The notes beneath the pieces were generated by a model. That model ran no database searches. It saw nothing but the letters and a program-made list of their open reading frames with translations, and was not told the origin of the DNA. From Pseudomonadota bacterium (GTDB lineage: Bacteria; Pseudomonadota; Gammaproteobacteria; Acidiferrobacterales; UBA6901), in NCBI GenBank assembly GCA_021790335.1, contig JAJYEE010000012.1, forward strand, positions 299 through 64,298: 64,000 nt of DNA, given 5' to 3'. Shown one piece after another: positions 47,794 through 58,909 of the stretch. Made by a program: the position numbers and the translations under genes. Position 1 is the first letter of the stretch, and the number at the start of each line of letters is the position of its first letter.

Positions 47794-48594
47794 GTGGATC
47801 CGGATCTGACCTTTCTCCAGTGCCTAGTGCGCGAGATTGCGCGCTCGGAACTTCTTCCGCGCCTTGGCGGAGTACGCGGGCGGACCAAAAGCGATGGCAG
47901 CACCGTAACCGAAGCTGATCTGGCAATGCAGGACCGACTGCAGGAGGCACTTGCCAGACACTGGCCGGACATCGATTTTTTCAGCGAGGAAATGACCGGA
48001 ACAGAACACCAGCGGTTGATAGGAAAGCGCGATCGCGCCCTGTGGTGTCTGGATCCGCTTGATGGAACCAGCAACTACGCCTGTGGGCTCCCGTTTTTTT
48101 CCGTGTCGCTGGCATTGCTGGTAGATAACAGGCCGCACATGGCGGTCGTATATGACCCGTCGCGCGACGAGTGCTTCAGCGCGGCGCACGGCGCCGGTGC
48201 CTGGCTCAATGAGGTTGCCATGGGCGGGCAGTCCTCGTTGCCGACCTCCATGAGCCGTTGCATAGCTGTTGTCGACTTCAAGCGCCTAGCAGGACGGCTG
48301 GCGGCGGGGCTTGGATCGCATCCGCCTTACGGATCGCAGCGCAATTTCGGATCGAGCGCCTTGGAGTGGTGCTGGCTTGCGCATCGGCGCTTTCATCTCT
48401 ATCTGCATGGTGGCCAGAAGCTGTGGGACTACGCGGCTGGCAGCCTGGTGCTCGAGGAGGCCGGGGGTCGTTCCTCGACGCTTGACGGAGAACCGGTTTT
48501 TGCATTGACTGCCGAGGCCCGCTCGGTGGTCGCGGCGCAGAATGTCAGCCTTTTCGAGACCTGGTCGAGGTGGTTGGCTCAGGCCGGCCAGTGA
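47794..48594 (+). CDS. inositol monophosphatase / CysQ-family phosphatase
   Basis: FSEE, WCLDPLDGTSNY and WDYAAG motifs. GTG start at 47794 with GGAG 7 nt upstream (the ORF-track start at 47716 overlaps the upstream gene). Confidence 0.85.
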   Translation: MDPDLTFLQCLVREIARSELLPRLGGVRGRTKSDGSTVTEADLAMQDRLQEALARHWPDIDFFSEEMTGTEHQRLIGKRDRALWCLDPLDGTSNYACGLPFFSVSLALLVDNRPHMAVVYDPSRDECFSAAHGAGAWLNEVAMGGQSSLPTSMSRCIAVVDFKRLAGRLAAGLGSHPPYGSQRNFGSSALEWCWLAHRRFHLYLHGGQKLWDYAAGSLVLEEAGGRSSTLDGEPVFALTAEARSVVAAQNVSLFETWSRWLAQAGQ

Positions 48595-48650
48595 CTTGTT
48601 TTTTTTAGATCTGCTCTGACCGTAGGTTCCGACTCGAGTATGGTATCAAT

Positions 48651-48825
48651 TGGCCTTGCAGCCAGTGGGGCTGATTAGGGTGAACGAGGAGGGATTCAGG
48701 CGTCCGGCGCGCGTCTGCGTACGGTCCCTGGCCGAACCTAATCCGCTGTACGGGACCTGCTTGGCGCTTAGGTTTGAGCCTTTGTCCGAGCCGGGATGAC
48801 CACCCGGCTCTCATATATTTTCTGA
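48651..48825 (+). ncRNA. candidate small RNA (about 175 nt) ending in an orphan terminator
   Basis: Weak promoter-like CTGACC-17-TATGGT (48616-48644). GC-rich helices such as GATTAGG/CCTAATC. Terminator at 48788-48825. No ORF and no family recognised. Confidence 0.25.
48788..48825 (+). terminator. orphan intrinsic terminator in the IMPase-tkt spacer
   Basis: GAGCCGGG-atgacca-CCCGGCTC followed by TCATATATTTTCTG, about 190 nt after the nearest upstream stop. Confidence 0.55.
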
Positions 48826-48980
48826 TATGGGTATAAATGCACTTGCGGGGCAGCTATTGCCCAAACTCAAGCGCTGAGGGAGAATACCGGGCCGATTTTT
48901 GACCTGAGTTTGTACATCGAGCAGCCGGCGGATTCTGCGGCAGCAATTTGTTAAAGAAGCATTATACAAATTATAGCAAT

Positions 48981-49046
48981 CCCTTTGGCGGGCATGAGCC
49001 ATGGCTGGCGTAGCCAAGTTCCAGCGCCAAGGGGATTTTTGTTGTT
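48981..49046 (+). terminator. long terminator/attenuator-like hairpin in the tkt leader
   Basis: CCCTTTGGCG (48981-48990) pairs with CGCCAAGGGG (49025-49034), including one G-U pair. 34-nt structured loop, then ATTTTTGTTGTT. 163 nt upstream of the tkt ATG. Confidence 0.45.
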
Positions 49047-49208
49047 ACGGTTTATCTTGCGGTGACGGCCGCCTCCTGCAAGTGAGCAGGGGATGATTCC
49101 ATTGAGTTCCGTTGCTAAGGGGAAAGCCGGGGGCGGCGTTTGGCACGCGTCGAGAAAATGTAACCGAATTAGAGTGCAAGAATTCATTTTTTGAAGAGGA
49201 TTTAGCCC

Positions 49209-51230
49209 ATGTCAGCGAAACCCCAACAGGCATTACCCAGCCGCCGCGATCTGGCCAACGCCATCCGCGCCTTGTCGATGGACGCGGTGCAGAAGGCGAA
49301 TTCCGGCCATCCCGGCGCACCCATGGGCATGGCTGATATTGCGGAGGTATTGTGGAATGATTTTCTGAAGCACAACCCAGCGAACCCGAAGTGGTTGGAT
49401 CGCGACCGCTTTGTGTTATCCAACGGACATGGGTCGATGCTGCTTTACAGCCTCCTGCACCTCAGCGGATATGAACTGCCCATGGAAGAGATCAAGAACT
49501 TCCGGCAGCTCCATTCCAAGACTCCAGGGCATCCGGAATACGGCTATACGCCAGGCGTGGAAACCACCACTGGTCCGCTCGGTCAGGGCATTACCAACGC
49601 TGTGGGCATGGCGATCGCGGAAAGGCTGCTGGCAGGCCAGTTCAATCGCGATGGCCATAACATCGTCGATCATCACACTTATGTGTTTCTCGGCGACGGA
49701 TGCCTGATGGAGGGCATTTCCCACGAAGCCTGTTCGCTTGCCGGTACGCTTGGTTTGGGCAAGCTCATTGCATTCTATGATGACAATGGAATTTCCATTG
49801 ACGGTCGTGTGGAGGGTTGGTTCGCAGACGACACACCGAAGCGTTTCGAAGCCTACGGCTGGCACGTAGTACGCCAGGTCGATGGTCACAACCCTGAAGC
49901 AGTCAAGAAGGCGATCGTAGAGGCACGTGCTGTCCGCGACAAGCCTTCCATTATCTGCTGCAAGACGGTGATCGGTTTCGGTGCGCCCAATCTCTGCGGT
50001 AGTCACGATGCCCACGGTTCGGCCCTGGGCGAAGCGGAGGTGGCCGCAACGCGCGAGAACCTCGGCTGGAAGCATGATCCGTTCGTCATTCCCGACAACA
50101 TCTATGCCGGCTGGGATGCGCGTTCCAAAGGAAAATCGGCCGAAGAAACATGGACCAGAAAGTTCGCCGACTACAAAAAGGCCTACCCGGATCTGGCTGC
50201 CGAGTTCGAGCGCCGCATGAAAGGCGATCTGCCCAAGGACTGGTCAACCAAGTCTGAAGAGTTCATCAAGGCGGTCGATGCCAAGGCTGAGACGATCGCA
50301 TCGCGCAAGGCTTCGCAGAATGCCCTCAACGGTTATGGACCGGTTCTGCCCGAACTCCTGGGCGGTTCTGCGGACCTGGCCGGATCCAACCTCACCATGT
50401 GGAAGGGTTCGAAGGGCTTCAGTCGCGCGAATTCCGAAGCAAACTACATATATTTCGGCGTGCGCGAGTTTGGCATGTCCGCAATCATGAACGGCATAGC
50501 CCTGCATGGCGGGTTCATTCCGTACGGCGGCACATTTCTGATGTTCTCCGAATATGCACGCAATGCTCTGCGCATGGCGGCGCTGATGAAACAGCGCGTG
50601 GTATTCGTTTACACCCATGATTCGATCGGCCTTGGTGAAGACGGACCCACCCACCAGGCTGTAGAGCAGACTGCGACCCTGCGGCTGATTCCTAATATGT
50701 CAGTGTGGCGGCCATGCGATGCGGTGGAATCGGCGGTTGCCTGGAAATACGCGATCGATCGTACCGCTGGACCTTCTTCGCTGATCTTTTCGCGACAGAA
50801 CCTGCCACACCAGAAGCGCGATGCGCAACAGATCGCCAATATCAAGCGTGGCGGCTATGTTCTGAGCGAAGCCGCCGCCGGCAAGCCGGATGCAATCATT
50901 ATCGCAACTGGTTCGGAAGTCGCGCTCGCAATGGAGGCGCAGAAGCTGCTGGCAGCAAGAGGACGCAATGTTCGCGTAGTGTCCATGCCGTCGACCGATG
51001 TATTTGACGCGCAAGATGCCGCTTATCGTGAGTCGGTGCTCCCGCGGAGCATTACACGTCGTGTGGCAGTCGAGGCCGGCGTTACCGACTGCTGGCGCAA
51101 ATACGTGGGGCTCGACGGACATGTCGTGGGACTGGACCGGTTCGGCGAATCAGCGCCCGCCGCAGTCCTGTTCAAGCACTTCGGATTCACTGGCGAGAAT
51201 GTTGCCAAAGCGGTGGAAGCGCTGGGCTAA
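49209..51230 (+). CDS. tkt: transketolase
   Basis: [26 protein letters not shown] and [15 protein letters not shown] motifs. Confidence 0.95.
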   Translation: MSAKPQQALPSRRDLANAIRALSMDAVQKANSGHPGAPMGMADIAEVLWNDFLKHNPANPKWLDRDRFVLSNGHGSMLLYSLLHLSGYELPMEEIKNFRQLHSKTPGHPEYGYTPGVETTTGPLGQGITNAVGMAIAERLLAGQFNRDGHNIVDHHTYVFLGDGCLMEGISHEACSLAGTLGLGKLIAFYDDNGISIDGRVEGWFADDTPKRFEAYGWHVVRQVDGHNPEAVKKAIVEARAVRDKPSIICCKTVIGFGAPNLCGSHDAHGSALGEAEVAATRENLGWKHDPFVIPDNIYAGWDARSKGKSAEETWTRKFADYKKAYPDLAAEFERRMKGDLPKDWSTKSEEFIKAVDAKAETIASRKASQNALNGYGPVLPELLGGSADLAGSNLTMWKGSKGFSRANSEANYIYFGVREFGMSAIMNGIALHGGFIPYGGTFLMFSEYARNALRMAALMKQRVVFVYTHDSIGLGEDGPTHQAVEQTATLRLIPNMSVWRPCDAVESAVAWKYAIDRTAGPSSLIFSRQNLPHQKRDAQQIANIKRGGYVLSEAAAGKPDAIIIATGSEVALAMEAQKLLAARGRNVRVVSMPSTDVFDAQDAAYRESVLPRSITRRVAVEAGVTDCWRKYVGLDGHVVGLDRFGESAPAAVLFKHFGFTGENVAKAVEALG

Positions 51231-51272
51231 CGATTTCGGATTTCCACTCATCTTTTGGGAGACTTAAAGGCA

Positions 51273-52283
51273 ATGTCAATCAAAGTCGCTATCAACGGCT
51301 ATGGCCGAATCGGACGAAACGTGCTGCGGGCACTGTATGAGTCCGGCCGCAAAGATATCCAAATAGTTGCCATCAATGATCTCGGCAATGCCGAGACGAA
51401 TGCCCACCTGACTCGTCATGACACGGTGCATGGAAAGTTTGCTGGCACGGTGAAGGTCGAGGGTGACCACATGATCGTCAACGGCGACAAGATCCGGGTT
51501 TGCGCCGAGCGTGATCCGGCAAAGCTCCCGTGGAAAGACCTCAGCGTTGACGTGGTGCTCGAGTGCACCGGAATTTTCCGCAACCGCAGCAAGTGCCAGC
51601 CGCATATCGCCGCAGGGGCCAAGAAGGTCATCATTTCCGCCCCGGCCGACAAGAACGAATGCGATGCCACCATCGTATACGGCGTGAACCATAAGGTGCT
51701 GAAGCGTGAAATGACCGTAATTTCGAATGCTTCATGCACCACCAACTGTCTGGCACCGCTGGTCAAGCCACTGCACGACAAGCTCGGAATAGTCACCGGC
51801 CTGATGACCACGGTCCATTCGTACACCAATGACCAGGTCCTGACCGACGTATACCACAGCGACCTTTATCGGGCCCGTGCCGCTGCGCATAACATGATCC
51901 CGACCAAGACCGGTGCGGCGCAGGCAGTGGGTCTGGTTCTGCCGGACCTCGACGGAAAGCTTTCGGGGTTTGCCATACGCGTTCCGACCATCAATGTGTC
52001 GGTCGTAGATCTGACATTCATGGCGAAGCGTGATACCAGCAAGGACGAAGTGAATGCGATCCTCAAGAACGCAAGCGAAACGGATCTGAAGGGCGTTCTG
52101 GCATACAATACCGAGCCGCTCGTCTCGAGCGATTTCAACCATACGACGGTTTCATCAACTTTCGACTCGACGCAGACCAAGGTCATCGGCAATCTGGTCA
52201 AGGTTCTCTCCTGGTACGATAACGAGTGGGGTTTCAGCAACCGCATGCTGGACACCACGGTTGCCCTGATGGGCGCGAAGTAA
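51273..52283 (+). CDS. gap: glyceraldehyde-3-phosphate dehydrogenase
   Basis: [11 protein letters not shown] and the [12 protein letters not shown] active site. ATG at 51273 (the ORF-track start is a TTG). Confidence 0.95.
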   Translation: MSIKVAINGYGRIGRNVLRALYESGRKDIQIVAINDLGNAETNAHLTRHDTVHGKFAGTVKVEGDHMIVNGDKIRVCAERDPAKLPWKDLSVDVVLECTGIFRNRSKCQPHIAAGAKKVIISAPADKNECDATIVYGVNHKVLKREMTVISNASCTTNCLAPLVKPLHDKLGIVTGLMTTVHSYTNDQVLTDVYHSDLYRARAAAHNMIPTKTGAAQAVGLVLPDLDGKLSGFAIRVPTINVSVVDLTFMAKRDTSKDEVNAILKNASETDLKGVLAYNTEPLVSSDFNHTTVSSTFDSTQTKVIGNLVKVLSWYDNEWGFSNRMLDTTVALMGAK

Positions 52284-52355
52284 GGTTTGACAGCCGGCGC
52301 AGGCGGCAATCGTCGCCTGCGCCAAACCGTTATCGACGCCAGGGGATATTTCATC

Positions 52356-53537
52356 ATGTCCGTGATCAAACTTACCGATCTCGACCTAAAGGGTAAGCGC
52401 GTGCTGATCCGCTCAGACCTCAACGTGCCGGTGAAGGACGGCAAGGTGACGTCCGATGCGCGCATCGCCGCGTCGCTACCAACTTTCCGACATTGCCTCA
52501 AGGCCGGAGCCAGGGTCATGGTGATGTCGCATCTGGGGCGTCCAACCGAGGGCGAATACAGCGAGGAAAATTCGCTGAAGCCTGTGGCAGAGGATCTGTC
52601 GAAGAAGCTCGGCCAGCCGGTACGGCTTCTCAAGGACTGGATCAACGGCGGGTTCGATGTTGCGCCCGGAGAATTGGTGCTGCTGGAAAACGTTCGCTTC
52701 AACAAGGGCGAGAAGAAAAACGTCGACGATACCGCGCGAAAGTATGCGGCGCTTTGTGACGTGTTCGTGATGGACGCATTCGGCACTGCGCACCGGGCCG
52801 AGGGTTCGACGCACGGGGTGGCCAAGTTCGCACCGGTCGCCTGTGCCGGATTGCTGCTGGTGGAGGAGCTGGATGCCCTCAACAAGGCGCTTGCCGACCC
52901 CAAGCGGCCCATGGTTGCGATTGTCGGTGGATCCAAGGTTTCCACAAAGCTCACGGTGCTGGAATCGCTATCTCAAAAAGTAGATCAACTGGTGGTCGGT
53001 GGCGGTATCGCCAACACGTTTCTGGCTGCCTCCGGGAAGGTGATAGGCAAGTCGCTCGCCGAGACCGATCTCATTCCGACGGCAAAAAGTCTGATGGAGA
53101 TGATGTCCAGGCGTGGCGCGAGGATCCCAATCACGGTCGATGTGGTCGTCGGCAAAAAATTTGACGCAGCCGAACCGGCGGTGCTGAAGGACGTCAACGA
53201 GGTTGCTGGTGACGACATGATCTTCGATATCGGGCCAAAGAGCGCGCAAGAACTGGCTGATATCATCATGAAGGCGGGCACGGTCGTGTGGAACGGGCCT
53301 GTAGGCGTCTTCGAGTTCGACCAGTTCGGCGCCGGCACGAAGAAGATCGCCGAAGCCATTGCCAGTACCAAGGCGTTCACGCTGGCGGGCGGCGGCGATA
53401 CGATCGCGGCCATTCAGAAGTACGGCATCTACGACAAGGTTTCATACATTTCAACCGCAGGCGGCGCCTTTCTCGAGTTTCTCGAGGGCAAGAAGCTCCC
53501 GGCGGTCGCTATACTCGAAGAAAGGGCAAAGAATTGA
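52356..53537 (+). CDS. pgk: phosphoglycerate kinase
   Basis: RSDLNVP, SHLGRP and GGGDT motifs. Internal ATG at 52356. Confidence 0.95.
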   Translation: MSVIKLTDLDLKGKRVLIRSDLNVPVKDGKVTSDARIAASLPTFRHCLKAGARVMVMSHLGRPTEGEYSEENSLKPVAEDLSKKLGQPVRLLKDWINGGFDVAPGELVLLENVRFNKGEKKNVDDTARKYAALCDVFVMDAFGTAHRAEGSTHGVAKFAPVACAGLLLVEELDALNKALADPKRPMVAIVGGSKVSTKLTVLESLSQKVDQLVVGGGIANTFLAASGKVIGKSLAETDLIPTAKSLMEMMSRRGARIPITVDVVVGKKFDAAEPAVLKDVNEVAGDDMIFDIGPKSAQELADIIMKAGTVVWNGPVGVFEFDQFGAGTKKIAEAIASTKAFTLAGGGDTIAAIQKYGIYDKVSYISTAGGAFLEFLEGKKLPAVAILEERAKN

Positions 53538-53620
53538 CGCACATGCTGTAAGGGCTAGCTGCACCTGCCGCTTGCCTTTCGGCTCATCGGTCGCCTCTTT
53601 CCAGGCTGGCCAAGGAATAT

Positions 53621-55060
53621 ATGTTTAGACGAACGAAGATTGTCGCGACCTTGGGGCCTGCCACTGACGACCCGAAGGTGCTGGATAAGCTTATTGAAGC
53701 GGGTGTCGATGTTGTTCGGTTGAACTTTTCCCACGGGATGGCGGAAATGCACATGCGCCGCGCGGAAGCCGCGCGCGAACGTGCCCAGGCCCATGATCGC
53801 CAGGTTGGTGTGCTCGTGGACTTGCAGGGTCCGAAGATCCGCATAGGGCGGTTCAAGGAGGGGTCGATCCGCCTGGCGGAGGGCGACACCTTTACCATCG
53901 ATGTCGATTGTCCGCTCGATCAGGGAAACCGGGAGCGGGTTGGTACGACCTATAAATTGTTGCCCGACGACGTGTCGCGGGGTTCGACCCTGCTGCTCGA
54001 TGACGGCCGCATTGTGCTTTGGGTAGAGCGGGTGTCGGGTAGCGAGGTGGTCTGCCGGGTGGTGGCCGGCGGCGAACTGTCCAACAACAAGGGAATCAAC
54101 CGCCAGGGCGGCGGTCTGTCCGCCGCGGCGCTGACCGACAAGGACCGGGAGGACATCAAGGCCGCAGCCGCCATGCATGCGGACTATGTGGCGATTTCCT
54201 TTCCCCGCACTGCCAAGGATGTGGATGAGGCACGGGAACTGCTGCGGGCCGCGGGCGGGCTCGGTGGCATCGTCGCCAAGATCGAGCGCGCCGAGGCGGT
54301 GAAGGCAATAGAGGAAATCATCCGCGCATCCGATGCGGTCATGATTGCACGTGGTGATCTCGGGGTGGAGATCGGAGATGCCGCGCTTCCGCCGGTTCAG
54401 AAACGCATAATAAAGCTCGCGCGCAAGATGAATCGCATTGTAATTACTGCGACTCAGATGATGGAATCAATGATCGAGAATGCGATTCCCACGCGCGCCG
54501 AAGTATCGGACGTAGCAAATGCCGTGCTGGACGGTACCGACGCTGTCATGCTTTCGGCTGAGACCGCTATGGGCAAGCACCCGGTAGAAGCCGTGGCCGC
54601 GATGGATCGCGTCTGCCGGGAGGCTGAAAAGCACGAAGATACCATTGTATTGGATCAGCGTATGGATCAGCACTTCAGCCGCATGGATGAGGCGATCGCG
54701 CGCGCCACGATGTACGTGGCCAACCACCTGACGGTAAGAGCCATTGCGGCGTTGACCGAATCCGGGTCCACTGCGCTGTGGATGTCGCGCATTAACTCTG
54801 CGGTCCCGATTTATGCCCTGACGCCGCACGTCGAGACGCGTCGTAAGGTCACACTTTACCGCGGCGTGTATCCCGTCGGTTTCGTCCTCACCTCCAAGGA
54901 CCCCGCAGTTGTGATGCAGGAGGCGGTCGACGAATTGCGCCGTCGTGGGGCGGTGCGCGACGGTGATCTTACGATACTCACTATCGGTGAGCCGCTGGCA
55001 AAACCCGGTGGGACGAACACCATGAAGATCGTGCGCGTCGGGGAGTTGCATAAGGACTAG
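53621..55060 (+). CDS. pyk: pyruvate kinase
   Basis: TKIVATLGPA, NFSHG, IARGDLGVEI and MLSAETA motifs. Confidence 0.95.
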   Translation: MFRRTKIVATLGPATDDPKVLDKLIEAGVDVVRLNFSHGMAEMHMRRAEAARERAQAHDRQVGVLVDLQGPKIRIGRFKEGSIRLAEGDTFTIDVDCPLDQGNRERVGTTYKLLPDDVSRGSTLLLDDGRIVLWVERVSGSEVVCRVVAGGELSNNKGINRQGGGLSAAALTDKDREDIKAAAAMHADYVAISFPRTAKDVDEARELLRAAGGLGGIVAKIERAEAVKAIEEIIRASDAVMIARGDLGVEIGDAALPPVQKRIIKLARKMNRIVITATQMMESMIENAIPTRAEVSDVANAVLDGTDAVMLSAETAMGKHPVEAVAAMDRVCREAEKHEDTIVLDQRMDQHFSRMDEAIARATMYVANHLTVRAIAALTESGSTALWMSRINSAVPIYALTPHVETRRKVTLYRGVYPVGFVLTSKDPAVVMQEAVDELRRRGAVRDGDLTILTIGEPLAKPGGTNTMKIVRVGELHKD

Positions 55061-55896
55061 CATTTGTCGTGCGGTGTCGCCCGGGAAACGACACCGTAAT
55101 TCGTGAGCGGCAATCGCTATCCCGAGCCGGTTGGCGGTTTGCCCGATGAATTACCGGTTTCGCTGCTTTGCCGGAATTTTGGCGGGACCCGAGCTGTCGG
55201 CGACGCCGCAACCGGAACAGGGTGTGTTTCGGCTTCGCTTCGGCTTTTGCCGAAGTCGTCGCGAGCATCCCAGTGCTGGCTTCCGGACCACCTCACCGAC
55301 GGACGAACTATTTGGCGGCGGAAACCCCATGGGTACGTTCCGGTGGACTGTGAAGGCGAGCCGCGGACGATAAGGTGTTGTCCGCGTGTCTGTGCCCCCG
55401 TGAGTTCAGCCATGCCGTGGCCAGTTCAGATTAACCACATTTTCCATGAATGAATTGGAGCATCGGCAGGGCTTTACCGAGGCCAAGCCGCACCCTATCC
55501 GGATCTCGCATTGCCTTTTATGCGATGGGATGGCCAGGTCCCCGGGCAGATAGCGTGGATGCCGCGGGCGGATTATAATCCCCGACCGTGATTCCACGAC
55601 GGAGCTTTCCGTTGGCGGTCAACGGGCTACAATCCCGGGCCGGACGGGCACCTGCCAAAATGAATTAGTGCATGGACTATGCGCGGCAGGGGAGGATGTC
55701 AAACGCACGGTCGTAATGATAGGCTAGGCGCTCTCTTTTTTTGACCTCGGAAATCACGCCTTGATCATCTTGACCGCCCAGCGGCGGCCGATGTGCAAAA
55801 ACAATAATCGCCGAGGTGCCGAGAGGGTTCGTTGTTCCAAGCAGTTGAAATCCTGAGTTCGGTGACATTGTTAAATTTCTTACGTAGGAGATCGTC

Positions 55897-56961
55897 ATGG
55901 CTTTAGTTTCTCTGCGCCAACTGCTGGACCACGCCGCTGAGCACACATATGGCGTGCCTGCATTCAACGTTAATAACCTCGAGCAGATGCGTGCCATCAT
56001 GGAAGCTGCGGCCGAGACCGACAGCCCCGTGATCGTGCAGGCATCGGCCGGTGCCCGCAAGTATGCCGGGGCGCCGTTTCTGCGCCATCTGATTTTGGCT
56101 GCCATCGAAGAGTGGCCCCAAATACCCGTGGTGATGCATCAGGATCATGGTGCCAGCCCGGCCGTCTGTCAGCGCTCCATCCAGCTCGGTTTTTCCTCGG
56201 TGATGATGGACGGGTCGCTCAAGGAAGACATGAAGACGCCGGCGACTTACGAATATAACGTCGACGTGACCAAACGGGTGGTAGACATGGCCCATGCCTG
56301 CGGTGTTTCCGTAGAGGGCGAGCTGGGTTGTCTCGGCAGTCTTGAAACCGGCATGGCGGGGGAGGAGGATGGTTCAGGTGCCGAGGGCAAGCTTGACCAC
56401 AGCCAGCTCCTGACTGACCCAGACCAGGCAGCGGATTTCGTGAAGAAGACGAAGGTGGATGCGCTGGCGATTGCGATCGGAACCAGCCATGGCGCCTATA
56501 AGTTCACGCGTCCTCCTACCGGCGAGATTCTCGCCATTGAACGCATCAAGCAGATCCACAAGCGTATCCCTACCACGCACCTGGTGATGCATGGCTCGAG
56601 CTCCGTGCCGCAGGATTGGCTCAAGATGATCAACAGCTACGGCGGCGATATGGGGCAGACCTACGGTGTTCCGGTCGAGGAGATTCAGCAGGGCATCAAA
56701 CATGGCGTGCGCAAGGTCAATATCGACACGGATCTGCGCATGGCGTCCACCGGTGCGGTGCGCAAATTCCTGGCGGAAAACAAGAAGGAATTCGATCCAC
56801 GCAAGTGGCTCGCAGCGGCAACCAAGGGCATGAAAGAGATCTGCAGGCTTCGCTACGAGGCTTTCGGCTGTGCTGGCCAGGCTTCGAAAATCAAGGTGAT
56901 CAGCCTGGAAGCGATGACCAAGCGTTACGAGAAGGGCGAGCTCGATCCACGCGTGAATTGA
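55897..56961 (+). CDS. fba: class II fructose-bisphosphate aldolase (Calvin-cycle type)
   Basis: [24 protein letters not shown] and HGSSSVP motifs. 354 aa. Confidence 0.95.
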   Translation: MALVSLRQLLDHAAEHTYGVPAFNVNNLEQMRAIMEAAAETDSPVIVQASAGARKYAGAPFLRHLILAAIEEWPQIPVVMHQDHGASPAVCQRSIQLGFSSVMMDGSLKEDMKTPATYEYNVDVTKRVVDMAHACGVSVEGELGCLGSLETGMAGEEDGSGAEGKLDHSQLLTDPDQAADFVKKTKVDALAIAIGTSHGAYKFTRPPTGEILAIERIKQIHKRIPTTHLVMHGSSSVPQDWLKMINSYGGDMGQTYGVPVEEIQQGIKHGVRKVNIDTDLRMASTGAVRKFLAENKKEFDPRKWLAAATKGMKEICRLRYEAFGCAGQASKIKVISLEAMTKRYEKGELDPRVN

Positions 56962-57037
56962 CAGCCGGACTCCAGTTTGGGCCTGGCCAACAGGGCAGGT
57001 CCGGCTGTAAGCCTGGGAAACAATGTCTTCGAAAAGA

Positions 57038-57072
57038 GGGGCGGCGCAGAGCCGCCCCTTATTTATTTTGTT
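57038..57072 (+). terminator. rho-independent terminator of fba
   Basis: GGGGCGGC-gcaga-GCCGCCCC followed by TTATTTATTTTGTT. Confidence 0.85.
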
Positions 57073-57268
57073 CGTTCCTTGACGGGTCCCGGTTGGCAGA
57101 GCGGGTGCTCGGTTCCGGCTTGCCTGCACCGGCGCAGCTGCGGTACCGGGAGCAAACTGGTCCGAATTTCGCAGTCTCCGGCGCGGGCATGAGTCCGCCC
57201 CGGGCGGTAGCAGCAACGGGCATGTTCCGGAATTTGCATCACACCGTGCGCAGGCCTATTTTACGTTA

Positions 57269-57661
57269 ATGGACTACTGGAAATATCCCTGTCCGTGCTG
57301 TGGCTATCGGGTTTTCCGCCAGCAGCCGGGCAATCACGAAAAATGTCCGATTTGCCTGTGGGAAGACGATCTGGCGCAGCTGCGTTTTCCACGCATGCCG
57401 GGAAGTTCCAACAGGGTTTCTCTGGAGCAGGCCCAACACAATTACGCGTCCTTCGGCACGGCCGAGCGCCGCAATATCGGCGGCGCACGAGGTCCGCTGG
57501 AAGGAGAAGCGCGCGATGAGTTTTGGCGCCCGATCGATCCATCACGCGACAACGTGGAAGAGCCGCAGCATGGTGTGAATTACGCGGATTCCTATCCGCT
57601 GGCGGACACCACAGTGCTTTATTACTGGCGTCCGACCTATTGGCGGCGCTTGGCGAGCTGA
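57269..57661 (+). CDS. CPCC-family cysteine-rich protein
   Basis: YPCPCCGYRVF...CPICLWEDD motif characteristic of the CPCC family. Confidence 0.7.
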   Translation: MDYWKYPCPCCGYRVFRQQPGNHEKCPICLWEDDLAQLRFPRMPGSSNRVSLEQAQHNYASFGTAERRNIGGARGPLEGEARDEFWRPIDPSRDNVEEPQHGVNYADSYPLADTTVLYYWRPTYWRRLAS

Positions 57662-57787
57662 CGCTGCCCGCAGCGGTGCGGAACGAGCGGAGAGTTTCCG
57701 TTTTCTCAGCGCACAGTGCAAAATCCGCCACGGGACGCAGTCCGGGACGTAGTCTGCGACTGTCTGAGTGCCTCGTCGTTAAGCCTT

Positions 57788-58672
57788 TTAAGCGTCAGCC
57801 AGCAGAAAGTGCTTGAATGCCTCGGCTGCCGCCGGAAGTCGTTTGCCATGACGGTGCACGATATACCAGTGCCGCATGATGGGAAATTCAGCAACCTGGA
57901 GAATGATTAGGCGCTGCAGGGTGAGTTCCTGTTCGATCGTGGCTCGCGACAGCAGGCCAAGACCGAGACCGGCCTGCACGCTCTGTTTGATCGCCTCGTT
58001 GCTGCCGACCTCCATTCCGGTTTTCAGGCGAATCCCTCTTTCGGTGAAGAACCGCTCCATTGCGATCCGGGTCCCGGACCCCGGCTCGCGAACGAGAAAG
58101 GTTTCCTCCTGAAGCCGCCTGAGCGGCACACTTTTGCCGCGTGCAAGCGAATGGCCCGGTGGCGCGACCACGACCAGAGGGTTTTCCATGAACGCCTGCG
58201 CATCGACATCGAGGCTGGCAGGCGGCTGTCCCATGATGACGAGATCCACGGTGTTGTCGCCGAGCTGGCCGATCAGGGTTTCACGATTGGTTACGTCGAG
58301 ACTCACGGTGACACCTGGAAAACGCTTATGGAAAGTGGCGAGCAGATTGGGCACGAAGTAGTTGGCGGTAGAAGCAACAGATATCCGCAGCCTGCCGCTG
58401 TTCAGGCCCTTTAAGTCAGCGAGCAGGGTTTCCATTTCGTCCAGCTGTTGGGCGACCGACCGGCTGTACTGGTAAACCTCGCGCCCCGCCTCGGTGAGAT
58501 GGACGCGCTTGCCAAGTCGTTCGAACAATGACACGCCAAGCTGTCGCTCGAGCTGCCGCACCTGCATGGATACCGCCGGCTGGCTGAGAAACAATTCTGC
58601 GGCCGCACGCGTATAACTGAGGTTGCGTGCAACCGATTCAAAAACCTTCATCTGACGCAGGGTAATATTCAT
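57788..58672 (-). CDS. cbbR: LysR-family RuBisCO operon regulator
   Basis: LysR HTH LRQMKVFESVARNLSYTRAAAELFLSQPAVSMQVRQLE. Divergent from cbbL. Confidence 0.9.
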   Translation of the reverse strand: MNITLRQMKVFESVARNLSYTRAAAELFLSQPAVSMQVRQLERQLGVSLFERLGKRVHLTEAGREVYQYSRSVAQQLDEMETLLADLKGLNSGRLRISVASTANYFVPNLLATFHKRFPGVTVSLDVTNRETLIGQLGDNTVDLVIMGQPPASLDVDAQAFMENPLVVVAPPGHSLARGKSVPLRRLQEETFLVREPGSGTRIAMERFFTERGIRLKTGMEVGSNEAIKQSVQAGLGLGLLSRATIEQELTLQRLIILQVAEFPIMRHWYIVHRHGKRLPAAAEAFKHFLLADA

Positions 58673-58720
58673 AAGTAAAACCTTATCGTTACAATCATAA
58701 ATATTTAATATTACTTATGC
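58671..58720. promoter_or_regulatory. AT-rich cbbR/cbbL control region with nested ATAAG/CTTAT inverted repeats (candidate CbbR operator)
   Basis: ATAAG 58671-58675, CTTAT 58682-58686, TTAT-N10-ATAA 58683-58700, CATAA 58696-58700 and TTATG 58715-58719. These are LysR-type T-N11-A-like dyads. Confidence 0.4.
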
Positions 58721-58909
58721 AAGTCTTTCGATATCCTTACTTTGTTTAGCGGTACTGTCCTCAACCGCAGGGCCCGGTTAAAGATAGGACTTCCAGTATG
58801 GGTATGCCGCCGGGCATGGCAGTAGAATGGGAGCAGGGCTTGGTGGGCTGTACGCACGGCGCCAGGCCGGATCCCGGACCCCAACCAGAATCACAGGAGT
58901 AACGAGACG

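Noticed and set aside
48650-48830. 6S RNA or an SAH/c-di-GMP riboswitch as the identity of the structured RNA candidate upstream of tkt.
   Set aside because: I could not build the long closing stem with a central bubble expected of 6S RNA. The conserved cores of the SAH and GEMM motifs are absent. The identity is left open.
55103-55453. 116-codon Cys-rich ORF in the pyk-fba gap.
   Set aside because: It has a GTG start with no Shine-Dalgarno sequence, GC3 no higher than background, and no recognisable family.
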